A DNA stretch of 64,000 nt from assembly GCA_965222375.1 (NCBI GenBank), contig CBDCTZ010000016.1:1056001-1120000 (forward strand), given 5' to 3'. The notes under the pieces are model-generated. The model was not told the origin of the DNA. It did not search any database and saw only the letters and a list, made by a program, of their open reading frames with translations. A program made the translations under genes and the position numbers. Of this stretch, positions 48,683-59,029 are shown piece after piece (the first letter of the stretch is position 1; every line of letters begins with the position of its first letter). The stretch comes from Polyangiaceae bacterium (GTDB lineage: Bacteria > Myxococcota_A > Polyangia > Polyangiales > Polyangiaceae).

Positions 48683-51368
48683 ATGAAGTGGCACACGATT
48701 AGCACGCACGCACGCATGCACGCACGCACGCACTTGGCCTCGTGCTGACCCACTCCGAGCTGCGGCGTTTCTGCTGACGACCTTGGCGCTGTGCCTACTC
48801 ACATCGCGAGCGGACGCGATCTTCTTCCCGCCGAAAGTGACCAGCGTTCCCCCGGTTCCACCGAAGGCCTGCAAGGTGTGGCAGGTGTGCGAACCGCTCG
48901 TCACGGATGGTAAGATCCGTCACATCGAATGGGTCGACTCGACCCGCGCGCCACTGCAGGACTTCGCGAGTGGCAACCCCACCGGCAAGATGTGGTTGCT
49001 CCAGGGCAAGCCCGAGACTCTGAACATCGGCATGCGGGTTTCACGAGGCAACGAGTGTACCTTGGACGAATGTGGCGACTGGTACACCATCATCTTGTTC
49101 GATGCTCGCCGCGACGACACGCTGGCTTTCGGACAGGCGGCAACGCAAGTGCGCGAAGACGACCGCGCCCTCGTGATCAGGCACCTGACACCAACTCACT
49201 TCACCGTGGCGCAGTATCGCGGCGTGGGTGGCCCGACTGCGAACAACTGGATCCAGACGAACAACAACGAACAGTGGTTTACCGACGTGGCAGTAGCGAA
49301 GAAGGGCTCGTTCCTGGAGATCAAGCTGGAAGTCACGCTCAAGCCCTTCGGTAGCAGTCAGCCCAGCGAGGTGCTGGGTCATGGCAAGATGGGGCTGGGT
49401 GTCGTGCACACGCGGTTGGACCCGCCGACGTTCTTCACGCTGCACTACTGGCCGGGCAATGCTGCGACCGACCCGTTTCTCAACTTGCCGAACGCGCCAA
49501 ACTACTTCATCCCCTACACTTGGCAGACCATCGAGTTCAAGCGGCCGGACCCGACACCGCTCAGCTTGATGACCTACAATGTTGGGCTGGTTCCGCTCAT
49601 CCCGGACGGGGGCTCGGGCACCGTGGAGGATTTCGCCAGCATCGCAGCGACCGTTGGTGGTCCAGATGTGATGTGCTTCCAAGAGGTATGGAACCACGAT
49701 GACCGCGAGCTTCTGGCAGAGCTGAGCAACGACCTCTGGCAGACACAGTTCCCCGGCGATCCGAGTCAGGAGATCCAGGAAGCCGGCGCGCCGGAGCGCT
49801 GCCCGCTCGGGTCGGGCAAGCCCTGCCTGCTCGCAGAACAGGTTTCTTCGGGGCTAGGTGTGGAAGACACCGGATTGCTCTTGCTGTCCAAGCACCCGAT
49901 CTTCGACGCCTCGACCCCACCCAAGAAGTTCAGCACACACCAGTGTCAAGGCGCGGACTGCCTCGAAGACAAGGGCGTGCTCTGGGCCAGGGTTGGGACC
50001 GCTGATTCCCGCGTCGCGATCGGTCCCAACAACGAGCAGCGGATCGTATGGGACCCCGACGAGTACGTGGATGTGTTCTGCACCCATCTTCAGGCGTCAT
50101 GTGACGGTCTAGCCGCTCTGGAGCCGTTGCTGCACACCATCGAGGCGAAGGGGGTCCTCACCGGCGACGTTTGGCCGCTCTTTACCTTCGACAGCCTGTT
50201 CCAAACCTGCGACGAAAACGACATTCGGAGCATTCAAGCCGCCCAGCTGGCCGAGCTCCGGGCCTACATCGAACAGAAAGCGTTGCCCCCCGACCGCCCC
50301 GCCTTTCTGATGGGGGACTTCAACGCCAATGGTCTCGACGCGCATCTCGGAGCAAGTGCGCCATACGGACAAGCCATCACCACGCTGGGACTGACCAACA
50401 TCGCGCCCTTCGACGCTGCGAGTTCGCTGTACAGCGCGCGCTACGACATCGCGTTGGGGTGCCGGGGCGCTCTGCCCTACACGGCGCCCCCGGTGGCGCC
50501 GACGACCGCGTGCGATCCCGTGCTCACGTCCGAAGTGATCCAGTTCGCGTTTGGCCTACCCTCGGGTCAACCCAAGTGGCCGCGTCTGGGCGTCGGGACG
50601 AACATCGGGGACAAAGCTTTTTGTGATCAAGGTCTGTTCGGAACCGTTGGCGATGTCGAGTCCAACCGCTACGACCACGTATTCGTGATCCCACCGCGAC
50701 CGAGCGGCGAAGAGCTGCCGATCTTCGCCATCCCGAACGATACCGAGCCCTTCGTGGTCGTCAACAGCTTCCCGGACCCCACAGAACCGGGCGAATGCTT
50801 GTCTGACCACAAAGCCGTCCTGGCCAACATCAACCTGGCACGGATCGAGGATCGGCTCAGCTTCAATCCGAACATGAAACATGACGTCGAATACGTCGTG
50901 AGCCGGGTGGAAAACTTGACCGGCGACGCCGCCGGGGGCGCTGAATTCTACGCCGACTTCGAGACCTTTCCGCCCCTGTTCAAGACGACCACGGGGGTTT
51001 ACGCGGACGATACGAACGTCATCTACCCCCACTGGCATCTTCAAGCGGTCCTGGGTGGGGCGGACTTTCGCTGGTACCGGTTCTTTCTGAAAGAAGAGGA
51101 CACGACGAGCCCCGACGACCCGTACGACGTCACGTCTCTCATCGGTGCCGCGTCGTGGAGCATGTTCAACCACGGGTTCTCAATCTGGACGCACGTGCAT
51201 GTGCCGGGCCAGCAGCCCGCGTATCACTTTTGCCTGGAGGATTTGCATCCCGATTGCTTCGACTTTTCGATTCATGGAATGTCAATCATGGTCAAGGACG
51301 TGGGGACGCAGAGCAACTTCGAGCGAGCACGGGTCGACCTCGCCCTGTTCACGAAGGAGGCGCCGTGA
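48683..51368 (+). CDS. Secreted endonuclease/exonuclease/phosphatase (sphingomyelinase C-like) protein; the natural start is out of frame across a (GCAC)8 tract
   Basis: TYNVG, CFQEVW, GL..LSKHPI, KGVL, THLQA, GDFN, RYDHVF and SDH motifs; the track's ORF starts at TTG 48783 inside the signal peptide. Confidence 0.8.
48702..48733 (+). repeat. Tetranucleotide simple sequence repeat (GCAC)3 GCAT (GCAC)4
   Basis: Read directly from the sequence. Confidence 0.95.
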
Positions 51369-52048
51369 CTCGGTTGCGCGGCGCTGGTTTGGCCACGGCA
51401 GCGGTCGGCGTGCTGCTCGCGGTTGGCCACTTTGCCCCGACCAATGCGCCAGCGTCAGCGCCGTCGAGCGTACAGCCGCCACTCGCCAAACGCCTGCGCC
51501 ACCCCACCCGGCTCGCGGTGCAACCCGTTGCTGGTGGGCCCGCAAGCTCCACCGCTCCCATTCGGGTCGATCCGCCCGTGGAGAAGGCCACCAACCCGCT
51601 TGTCCAGAGCGACGAAACCGCACGCCTGGTCGAGGCGTTGCGCAAGGCCTGGCCGAATCGGCCCAGCGCGACCCCGCGGAGAGCCGCGCCCGTGCCAGCG
51701 AGCCTGCCGCGGCCCCGCTCCGGCGACCCGAACGCGATGGAGCGCGCCTTTGACAAGATGCAGGTCGACACGGAGTGGAAGCGGTTGCGAGCGGAACGAC
51801 CAAGCCGCCCGCGTCCGCGCCTGAAAAGGCTGGGGGTGCAGGTGGCGAAAGCCGAGTGTCGAATTGGAGCATGCCGTTTCGAACTCCTCTACTCGGGCCG
51901 GGCCGCCGAGGAGCGACGAAAGAAGGTGCAAAGCGGGCCGCGGGTTCGGGCAACCGACAAGACCCTGGTGCATACCTGGGCAGACGAAGCAGGCACCGTT
52001 CGCAGTGTGATCTTTCTGGCGCGAGGTGGAAAGCTTCCGCTGGGTTGA
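51365..52048 (+). CDS. Hypothetical membrane-anchored protein
   Basis: GTGA overlap with the upstream gene; N-terminal TM, Pro-rich linker, 'ECR...CR.E' C-domain. Confidence 0.6.
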   Translation: MTRLRGAGLATAAVGVLLAVGHFAPTNAPASAPSSVQPPLAKRLRHPTRLAVQPVAGGPASSTAPIRVDPPVEKATNPLVQSDETARLVEALRKAWPNRPSATPRRAAPVPASLPRPRSGDPNAMERAFDKMQVDTEWKRLRAERPSRPRPRLKRLGVQVAKAECRIGACRFELLYSGRAAEERRKKVQSGPRVRATDKTLVHTWADEAGTVRSVIFLARGGKLPLG

Positions 52049-52062
52049 GTGAGGAATACGTC

Positions 52063-52380
52063 ATGATCATACGAGGAATCGTTTTGCTCGCTGGACTCAT
52101 CCTGCTTGGGTGCTCCAGCGATTCCGACCGGCCGGGTCCGGCGTCCGGTGGCGCCAGTGGTTCGGGCGGGGCTTCCGGCGGCACGGGCGGCACGGCGGTG
52201 GATGGCGGCGTCCAGTGCTTGAATGACCATACCGAGCAGCGCATCGGCACCACGTTCAGCTGCGGTGGCGCCTACTGCATTCCCGGAACTGGCTGCATCA
52301 AGGAATGTACCGGGCCGCAGGATTGCCGACCGGGATTCACCTGCCAACAGGCGGGTCCAACTCTGTGGGTGTGCTCGTAG
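52063..52380 (+). CDS. Small Cys-rich lipoprotein
   Basis: GAGGA RBS; lipobox LLGC; Gly linker; 8-Cys domain. Confidence 0.75.
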   Translation: MIIRGIVLLAGLILLGCSSDSDRPGPASGGASGSGGASGGTGGTAVDGGVQCLNDHTEQRIGTTFSCGGAYCIPGTGCIKECTGPQDCRPGFTCQQAGPTLWVCS

Positions 52381-52398
52381 CTCGGACTCGTGGTCCCG

Positions 52399-52908
52399 AT
52401 GAGATCGCTTTGGGCCGCCGCCACAGTCATGCCCCTCTTCGCCGCGTGCGGTGATCCTCCACCGCCGGAGGGGCCCGGTGCGGACGATTGTGCCATTGAC
52501 ATCACGCTGTCAGGGCGCATCAACGATCACGTCAGTGGGCCGCAGTACTGCCGGGCTACTGGCACCTACGACTCTCCGGCGCCGCGAGCGAAGTCTTGGA
52601 TGGATGGACCGCATGGCGATTTCGGCGTGGAGCTCTTCGACGTATCTGAGGGCCAGCTCGGGACGTTCAAGGCAACGCTCTCGATCAGCAGAAACTCGAC
52701 GCCGCCGGGTGGTTGGATCACTGCGCCTGCGACTTGCGACATCACGATCAGCGAGTGGCGGTTCCAGTACGACGTGGCCGACGGGGCGTCCTTCTTCTAT
52801 CTGGGCGCAGGGACGTGCAACTCGGCTGCGAAAGCGTACGGTAAGGAAGACGGCGAGATCGCGCTGAGTGATTTCTCGCTGAAGAACTGGATCATATGGT
52901 CGCGTTGA
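52399..52908 (+). CDS. Hypothetical lipoprotein
   Basis: Lipobox FAAC; beta-rich. Confidence 0.7.
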   Translation: MRSLWAAATVMPLFAACGDPPPPEGPGADDCAIDITLSGRINDHVSGPQYCRATGTYDSPAPRAKSWMDGPHGDFGVELFDVSEGQLGTFKATLSISRNSTPPGGWITAPATCDITISEWRFQYDVADGASFFYLGAGTCNSAAKAYGKEDGEIALSDFSLKNWIIWSR

Positions 52909-53040
52909 ACCGAGGTGTATCCGTCGCGCGGCGATGGAACGACGTGAATTCCCGAACGAAACAGAAGATTGGCCCTGGTCATCCGAACAGAGCGCTGCCC
53001 GTTGCCCGCGCGCGACAAACGGCACAGGATCCGCGTTGAG

Positions 53041-54234
53041 ATGAGCTTCACGGCATGCATGGGCGTCCTGAGAGGCAGGTCCACGGGTCTTGCCGCGGCT
53101 GTCGTCATCGCCAGCTTTGCCGCGATGGCGTGCTCCGCCGAGGAGTCGGGTCCAGGCCGCCCGAGCGGTGGCACGGGAGGAGCCGGTGCGGTTGGAGGCG
53201 GCGCTGCGGTTGGAGGCGTGGGTGGCGTTGCAGCTACCGGTGGCAGCACGGGCACGGGCGGATCCGCAGGCAGCTATTGGGACAGTCCCCAGTGGGCGGC
53301 ATGCCTCGAGGTCGTGCGTGGTGTTTGCGAGCGCAGCATGGCGTGCGCACCAGCGGATGCGGCTTGGAAGTACGGCGATTCGGATCAGGTCAGCCGTTGC
53401 GTAGCGGCGGAACGGAAGAAGTACTGTTTCAGCATTTCGCAGCCCCACCAATCTTCGGACGCGCTGGCTTGGCTGGCCTGTGCGGCCGCCGCGGCTCCCA
53501 AACTGGATTGCGCTGACGCCTACTTCTATCCCTTCTTCGCCTTCAGAGCGAGCTGCGGACCGTATCCAAACGGAACTCAACCCGTAGGTGGCAATTGTGC
53601 GGAGGACTCCCAATGCACGACCCTGTCTTGTGATCTGTCGAACAAGTACAAGAACCAGGGCTGCGGTCAGTGCGCCGCGACGGTCGCGGTGGGAGGGGAT
53701 TGCAGCCAAGGCCAGGAGTGCGAAGGCGGTTCGCGCTGCGTTGGCGACAAATGCGTCAAGGAGCTTTCGGAGAATGCGCCCTGCGGGCCGCCCTTGGCCC
53801 CGTGTGGGACCGGCCTTGTCTGCAGGCAGGTTTCGAGCACCGAATCCCAGTGTCGCAAGTTTGCTCGGCTCGGTGATCCTTGCGACGCTAGTCTGAAGTT
53901 TCAGTGCGCGCCCTATCTGGCGCCAGCTCCGACCTTCGGGCTCAGCTCCGGCGTGGTGTGCGAAGCTGGGTTTTGCACTTGGAAACCGGGTGCGCCGTTC
54001 AAGCGTGCCGTCGGCGAACCTTGTGACGATGTCACCAACATCGACATCTGCGGTAAAGAACACTCCGCCCCCGATGCCCGTTGCGACAAGGCGTCTGACA
54101 AGTGCGTCGCCACGGTTGGGGAAGGCGAAGCTTGCGATGGCGCCCGGCGTTGCGATCAGGGCAAAGGCCTTGCCTACTGCTTGCAGGGCAAGTGCCTGCT
54201 CGCTCCAGCGAAGGTTCCGGATTGCTACAAGTAA
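53041..54234 (+). CDS. Cys-rich repeat lipoprotein
   Basis: Lipobox AMAC; Gly linker; repeated 'G..C.....C..G..C....C' modules. Confidence 0.78.
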   Translation: MSFTACMGVLRGRSTGLAAAVVIASFAAMACSAEESGPGRPSGGTGGAGAVGGGAAVGGVGGVAATGGSTGTGGSAGSYWDSPQWAACLEVVRGVCERSMACAPADAAWKYGDSDQVSRCVAAERKKYCFSISQPHQSSDALAWLACAAAAAPKLDCADAYFYPFFAFRASCGPYPNGTQPVGGNCAEDSQCTTLSCDLSNKYKNQGCGQCAATVAVGGDCSQGQECEGGSRCVGDKCVKELSENAPCGPPLAPCGTGLVCRQVSSTESQCRKFARLGDPCDASLKFQCAPYLAPAPTFGLSSGVVCEAGFCTWKPGAPFKRAVGEPCDDVTNIDICGKEHSAPDARCDKASDKCVATVGEGEACDGARRCDQGKGLAYCLQGKCLLAPAKVPDCYK

Positions 54235-54274
54235 GTTGCGGGCTCGCCACGTCCTTCGGCTGAGCGCCAACCGG

Positions 54275-54997
54275 TCATCGGTCGCGGGGCCCGGTTAGGC
54301 CGACGCTTATCAGCGCCTGTCTGCTTCTTCTTCGTGACCAGCCCAAGGCGCCTGCGCCGCCCCTGCTCAGGGCGAGCGCGACGCGTCGGCGCCTGCGCAT
54401 CGTGAAATAGCCGGCGGGAAATATCGCTTTCAGGGAGTCGTCGACGCGCGCGTCAAACACCAGGTGCACCCGGTCGACATCTGAGTTGTTTCGCGCTTCA
54501 TGAGGGAACGAGAAGTCGCCATACCAGGTTTCTCCAACCCGAAAGGCCACGCGACTCCCGGCCAACCAAAAGGTATTCCCCGGGGCCGACTGCACCGGTA
54601 CGTGCAGTCGAGCGAAGCCGTCATCCACCCCCACGTTGGCGTCACAGTGCTCAAAAATGCGCCCGCCGGCGGCGATCTTCATGAGCCAGGCCGGGTGCAT
54701 ACCAGTGCCAAAGCTGAGCAGAACCTCCCGGAGGTACCTCGTGTGCCGCAGGAGCGAGCAGCCCATCAGGGGCTTGTCCCGCGCCACGTGAACGTTTTGC
54801 GGATCTTCACTATTGCCGATCAAGCACACGGCGCTTCCCGCCCCTTCGTGGTAGCCGGCTTCGTGCTGGACCCAAAGGGTCGGGTCGACCCTCGCGAGGT
54901 CGCGTTTCAGCAGTGTCGGGTCGAAGCGTGGGGACAAGCGTCTTGCGGTCTCCACGCCCAGCACGGAGTGCACTCCCGTTCGATAGGCCGTGCGCAT
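54275..54997 (-). CDS. Aspartyl/asparaginyl beta-hydroxylase-domain 2OG-Fe(II) oxygenase
   Basis: HCD...RLHVPV...H...N.S..DRVHLVFD motifs; start codon uncertain. Confidence 0.8.
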   Translation of the reverse strand: MRTAYRTGVHSVLGVETARRLSPRFDPTLLKRDLARVDPTLWVQHEAGYHEGAGSAVCLIGNSEDPQNVHVARDKPLMGCSLLRHTRYLREVLLSFGTGMHPAWLMKIAAGGRIFEHCDANVGVDDGFARLHVPVQSAPGNTFWLAGSRVAFRVGETWYGDFSFPHEARNNSDVDRVHLVFDARVDDSLKAIFPAGYFTMRRRRRVALALSRGGAGALGWSRRRSRQALISVGLTGPRDR

Positions 54998-55255
54998 CAC
55001 CGTTGCCGCCACTGCATCGAGCCGGGTTACGACCCCCAGTCGTTGGCTCTGCTTGGTTTGCCTGCTCACGCTGCCCCGCCGAGCAAGTCTACCCCACCCT
55101 GGCTCCGCTGCCCTGCGCCTGGTCAAGTATCGACCGATGTCGCTTCGCGGACGGCCGACAACGGTCGTGCCTTGCCGTTCGCCGTGGTCCATCCGAGACT
55201 GCCCCTGAACCAGGCGCCTGACCCCCAATTTGCCCCCGGCGAAAATTGGGGAGCG

Positions 55256-56002
55256 CTATTTTTCGTTTTGGATCCAGATGCTGGCCTTGCGGGAGTCGTC
55301 ATCTAGGAGGACGGAGCGGTAGGGCGTGCCGCCGGTGCCGGACATCCACGAGTATTGGGGGCGTTTGCCCGTGTCAGCATAGGTGGGTTTTCCGAGGGAT
55401 TGTTGAAGCAGGTGAGCAAATACCGGTAGCAATCCCGCCGCGGTTTCTCCTTCGGCGTAGGAGTAGATCAGCTCGACGCGAATGAGGCTGCCGTCAACGG
55501 CGCTGAGCTCCACGTCGACGGGTACGCCCCAAGGTCCCACGGCGGCCTGACAGGTTCCTTCGTGAGCGGCCTCGGGTGCAGCAACCCATACGCCCTTGAT
55601 CTCGCCGCAGCGACTCCTCGCCGCACCGAGGGTGGAGCCAAGAGAAAACCCCCAGAACTCCCCACTCACCTCCGCCTTGCGCTTGACGGTCTTGATGGCG
55701 GGGCACTTCTTGGTGCATGCCTTGACGACCTTTTCTGCCTGAGTGCGATGCTCGTCGTCGCAGCCCTCACAGCTCTTCAAGCACGCGACCAAGTCGCCAC
55801 AGGGTCGCGCTCGCGGAGTGGTCGCCGTTGCGGAAGGCTCTTCCGCCGATGTTTCTGCTACAGGCGTTTCGAGCGCTTGGCTTGGCTCCTCCACGTCGAC
55901 GGCTGGCGGCGACGCGGGCGTTGGCGCTGCGGGCTCCGGCGGAGCTCCGCAACCGAGGAGCGATGTCAGTACTGCAACCGTGCAAATCCCCTGCTTGTGC
56001 AT
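55256..56002 (-). CDS. Hypothetical lipoprotein
   Basis: Lipobox LLGC; Pro-rich linker; CxxxC helical domain. Confidence 0.7.
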   Translation of the reverse strand: MHKQGICTVAVLTSLLGCGAPPEPAAPTPASPPAVDVEEPSQALETPVAETSAEEPSATATTPRARPCGDLVACLKSCEGCDDEHRTQAEKVVKACTKKCPAIKTVKRKAEVSGEFWGFSLGSTLGAARSRCGEIKGVWVAAPEAAHEGTCQAAVGPWGVPVDVELSAVDGSLIRVELIYSYAEGETAAGLLPVFAHLLQQSLGKPTYADTGKRPQYSWMSGTGGTPYRSVLLDDDSRKASIWIQNEK

Positions 56003-56264
56003 GGCGGCGAGAGTAGCAGGGCATGGTTCGAAACTAGCCTGAAAGGCGCACAGCGAATCGGGCGCTGCCCGACGACCTGCCAACCTCCAGTTTTTGCCTT
56101 CTTCACGGAGCCCGCGCCCCGCCTTGCCCCTCCCAGGACCTCGCGCTCCTCGTTTCAAGATCTCCCACCCACGCGTTCGGGCGGGCAGTGTGAGCGGCCA
56201 GGTCGGACGCTGCGCGTGCGAGTTGCGCCTTTCTTCGTCGTTCATCCGGCGCTCATTCCCGCTC

Positions 56265-56375
56265 TCAACGTTCACGCCCGCTCGCCCACGCCCGCTCTGG
56301 CGCCCGCTCGCCCGCGCCCGCACTCGCGCCTGCACTCGCGCCCGCTCGCCCACGCCTGCCCTCCCGCCGCCCACG
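56265..56375. repeat. GC-rich short-unit array, reverse orientation of the 46.0/46.3-kb arrays
   Basis: Reverse complement reads GCGTGGGCGAGCGGGCGCGAG...GTGAACGTT, like 46299-46341. Confidence 0.65.
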
Positions 56376-56617
56376 TTTGGCCGACTCCGAGACCCCGCGG
56401 CGGCCGCCCCGGGTTGCACCCATACGGGAATAGGGAACCAGGCTGATCCCCGGATGCGACCCCAAATAAACATCAATAAATTCCACAGCTTGTAATCATG
56501 ACTTCCAGTGAGGGCGAAAAATCGGTTGCGGGTGGGGGGATGTAGGTGTACTTACCACATTAGGGCACACGGCAGCTATCACCGGTCGCTAGCGACCCGC
56601 TGAAAGAGGACGACGTC

Positions 56618-58270
56618 ATGAACATCAAGCGCACACTCTTTGGGCTCATCGGCATCAGTTCCGCGCTCGCAGTGGCGTGTGCGTCGGATACTTCGGAGCC
56701 CAGCGGTCCGGGCACTCAGACCATCGACAACGACGACCTGGTCAAGCCTGAAGGTGGCAAGGCGGACGCGAGTCACCTGGCGGTATTCCTCGAGTTCGAG
56801 TTCGACGGCGAAGTCCTCGTATCGAGCACTTGGAATACCAAGAAGGCGATTGAAGACCAATTGCTGTACACGATTGGCCTGCTCAACGGCGAAAAGTCCG
56901 TTGGCCGCTTGGACATCGTCAAGCTCACGGATATCCAGACTGCGCCCGCTGCGGACGGTAAGACCCGCGTGACTTATCACGCCAAGCTGCCGGTTGCTTG
57001 GGGCAAGAAGGATAGCGTTCCCTCTACTTACACCCTGCGCTTGCCCAAGGATGGAACCTATTCCGGTTACGAATCCTTCACTGAGAAGTACAGCCACGAC
57101 TGCGTCGACTGGGGCGCTCACGACGTGGATGCCGGTAGCATGTGGTACTACTATCGGCCGGAAGCCTCGCGCTGCAATCTAGCGGATGATGACGTTGTCG
57201 ATCTCGTCGCTCAGGTAAGCCCAACCGGCACGCAGACCACGGGTAAGTACCCCGAGTACCAGAAGGTGTGGGAAGACGATGCCCTCAAGGTCGTAGCCAT
57301 CTACGGCAAGTACGAGGACAACGCGACTAGCAGTAGTGACGCAGGGATCGCGGCCTACAACGAGTTCATCAACGCGATGAAGACGCGGCTGCAGGACTCG
57401 AACCTGACTACCACCCCAGCGGACGTGCCCTATAGCCCGGGCGTGGACATGCCGGACATCGTATTCAACGCCACGCTGCCCGACGGCAAGAGCGTGGAAG
57501 TGACGGCCCTGCTCGTGGACAACGTGCGCACGGCGGGTGTGAGCTTCAACCAGCGCTACGCAGCGTTGACCCCCAGTGCGGATTTCATCGTCTACAACGG
57601 GCACGCGGGGCTCGGGGCGAACGTCCGGGCTTTGGCTCAAAAGGGCGAGTGGGTGCAAGGGCAATATGCCATCGTGTTCATGAACGGTTGCGACACCTAC
57701 GCGTACGTTGATTCGGAGCTGTGGGATGCCCACGCTGCCGTCAACCCCGACGATTCCGTCGGCACGAAGTACGTCGACATCGTGACGAACGCGATGCCGT
57801 CCTACTTCAGCAACATGCCTGAAGCCACGATGGCCATCTTCAATGGCCTGATGGCGCATGACGCGCCCACGACCTACGAGCAGATCTTCAAGGAGATCTC
57901 GAAGAGCCAGGTCGTTCTCGTCTCCGGCGAGGAGGACAACGAGTTCGTGCCCGGTGGCGGCGGCGGTACCCCCGAGGATTGGACGGGCATGGACGAATCC
58001 ACGTCGGTGTCCCGGGACCAAGAAGTCCGTTACGAAACGCCCACCCTTGCCGCAGGCACCTACGTGTTCAATCTGACCGGCAGCGGCGACGCCGACCTCT
58101 ACGTTCGAGTTGGCGAGGCGCCGACCACGTCTCTCTACGATTGCCGCCCCTATCGTTACGGTAGCAAAGAGAGCTGCGCGGTGGAGATCACCACGCCGGC
58201 ACCCGTGCACGTCATGGTGCGCGGCTGGGCGGGCAGCTCCGACGTGACCCTCGTCGGCGCCAAGGAGTGA
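56618..58270 (+). CDS. Lipoprotein with a putative cysteine-peptidase core and a C-terminal PPC domain
   Basis: Lipobox AVAC; GKAD motif; YNGHAG and MNGC; PPC motif GDADLYVR.G.APT...YDCRPY. Confidence 0.78.
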   Translation: MNIKRTLFGLIGISSALAVACASDTSEPSGPGTQTIDNDDLVKPEGGKADASHLAVFLEFEFDGEVLVSSTWNTKKAIEDQLLYTIGLLNGEKSVGRLDIVKLTDIQTAPAADGKTRVTYHAKLPVAWGKKDSVPSTYTLRLPKDGTYSGYESFTEKYSHDCVDWGAHDVDAGSMWYYYRPEASRCNLADDDVVDLVAQVSPTGTQTTGKYPEYQKVWEDDALKVVAIYGKYEDNATSSSDAGIAAYNEFINAMKTRLQDSNLTTTPADVPYSPGVDMPDIVFNATLPDGKSVEVTALLVDNVRTAGVSFNQRYAALTPSADFIVYNGHAGLGANVRALAQKGEWVQGQYAIVFMNGCDTYAYVDSELWDAHAAVNPDDSVGTKYVDIVTNAMPSYFSNMPEATMAIFNGLMAHDAPTTYEQIFKEISKSQVVLVSGEEDNEFVPGGGGGTPEDWTGMDESTSVSRDQEVRYETPTLAAGTYVFNLTGSGDADLYVRVGEAPTTSLYDCRPYRYGSKESCAVEITTPAPVHVMVRGWAGSSDVTLVGAKE

Positions 58271-58362
58271 GCCGCCGCCCGCAGCGGCGGGCCACTAACG
58301 CATCGGGCGCGAGCTGAGACAGCCGCACCCGATGTGCGTTTTTCGCAATGCGGGCAGGTGAC

Positions 58363-58998
58363 TCAATCCGCGGCTGCGTCTGAGGAAGCGTCCGATGGGG
58401 CATCCCCTCCCGTTTCGGTCCCGTCCGAAGCCGCGTCAGCGGAGGCTTCAGTCTCGGCGTCTGTGGCGTCGCTGCCCGCATCGACGCCAGCATCCGCCAA
58501 GGCTGCAAGGGCTTCGCAGTAGTCATCAGCGTTGCAATCCTCGCGGCAGAATTGGCAGTAGGTGCAGTCTTCCAGGGCCAGGTACTTCGCCTTGGCGTCA
58601 GGGAACTGGTTGGCGCAGGCGAGGACGCAAGCAGCGCCATCTTCGCTGAAGTCCAAACACGGGCCTGGGCCGCCATCCTCGTCGCCGGCCAGGGTACATT
58701 GAGCGATGGCGAGGCAGTCTGGGTCGGCATTGCAGGTCGCCACTGGCTCCGCGCAGCTGCAGCCCGCGTAGGTTTCGCCCTGACACGTGTCGCAACTTCC
58801 CGGGGCGCTGGGGCAACCGCTGTCTGCGCCGCCGTTGCCTGCGACGCCCCCGCCGCCGCTCGCGCCTCCGCTTGCCGCGTCTTGTCCGGCGTCTATGCCT
58901 CCCGCGACGGGTTCGTCCTCGCTACAGGCACCAACGCCGAGCAGCCATGACGCCAAGGCAGCGAGCAGCAAACCGCGAGTCGAGCCGCGCAGGGTCAT
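58363..58998 (-). CDS. Cys-rich lipoprotein
   Basis: Lipobox VGAC; CxxC/CxxxC helical domain; DA-rich tail. Confidence 0.72.
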   Translation of the reverse strand: MTLRGSTRGLLLAALASWLLGVGACSEDEPVAGGIDAGQDAASGGASGGGGVAGNGGADSGCPSAPGSCDTCQGETYAGCSCAEPVATCNADPDCLAIAQCTLAGDEDGGPGPCLDFSEDGAACVLACANQFPDAKAKYLALEDCTYCQFCREDCNADDYCEALAALADAGVDAGSDATDAETEASADAASDGTETGGDAPSDASSDAAAD

Positions 58999-59029
58999 CG
59001 GGACGTTCTGTGGCGAATGCCGCGCGGGT

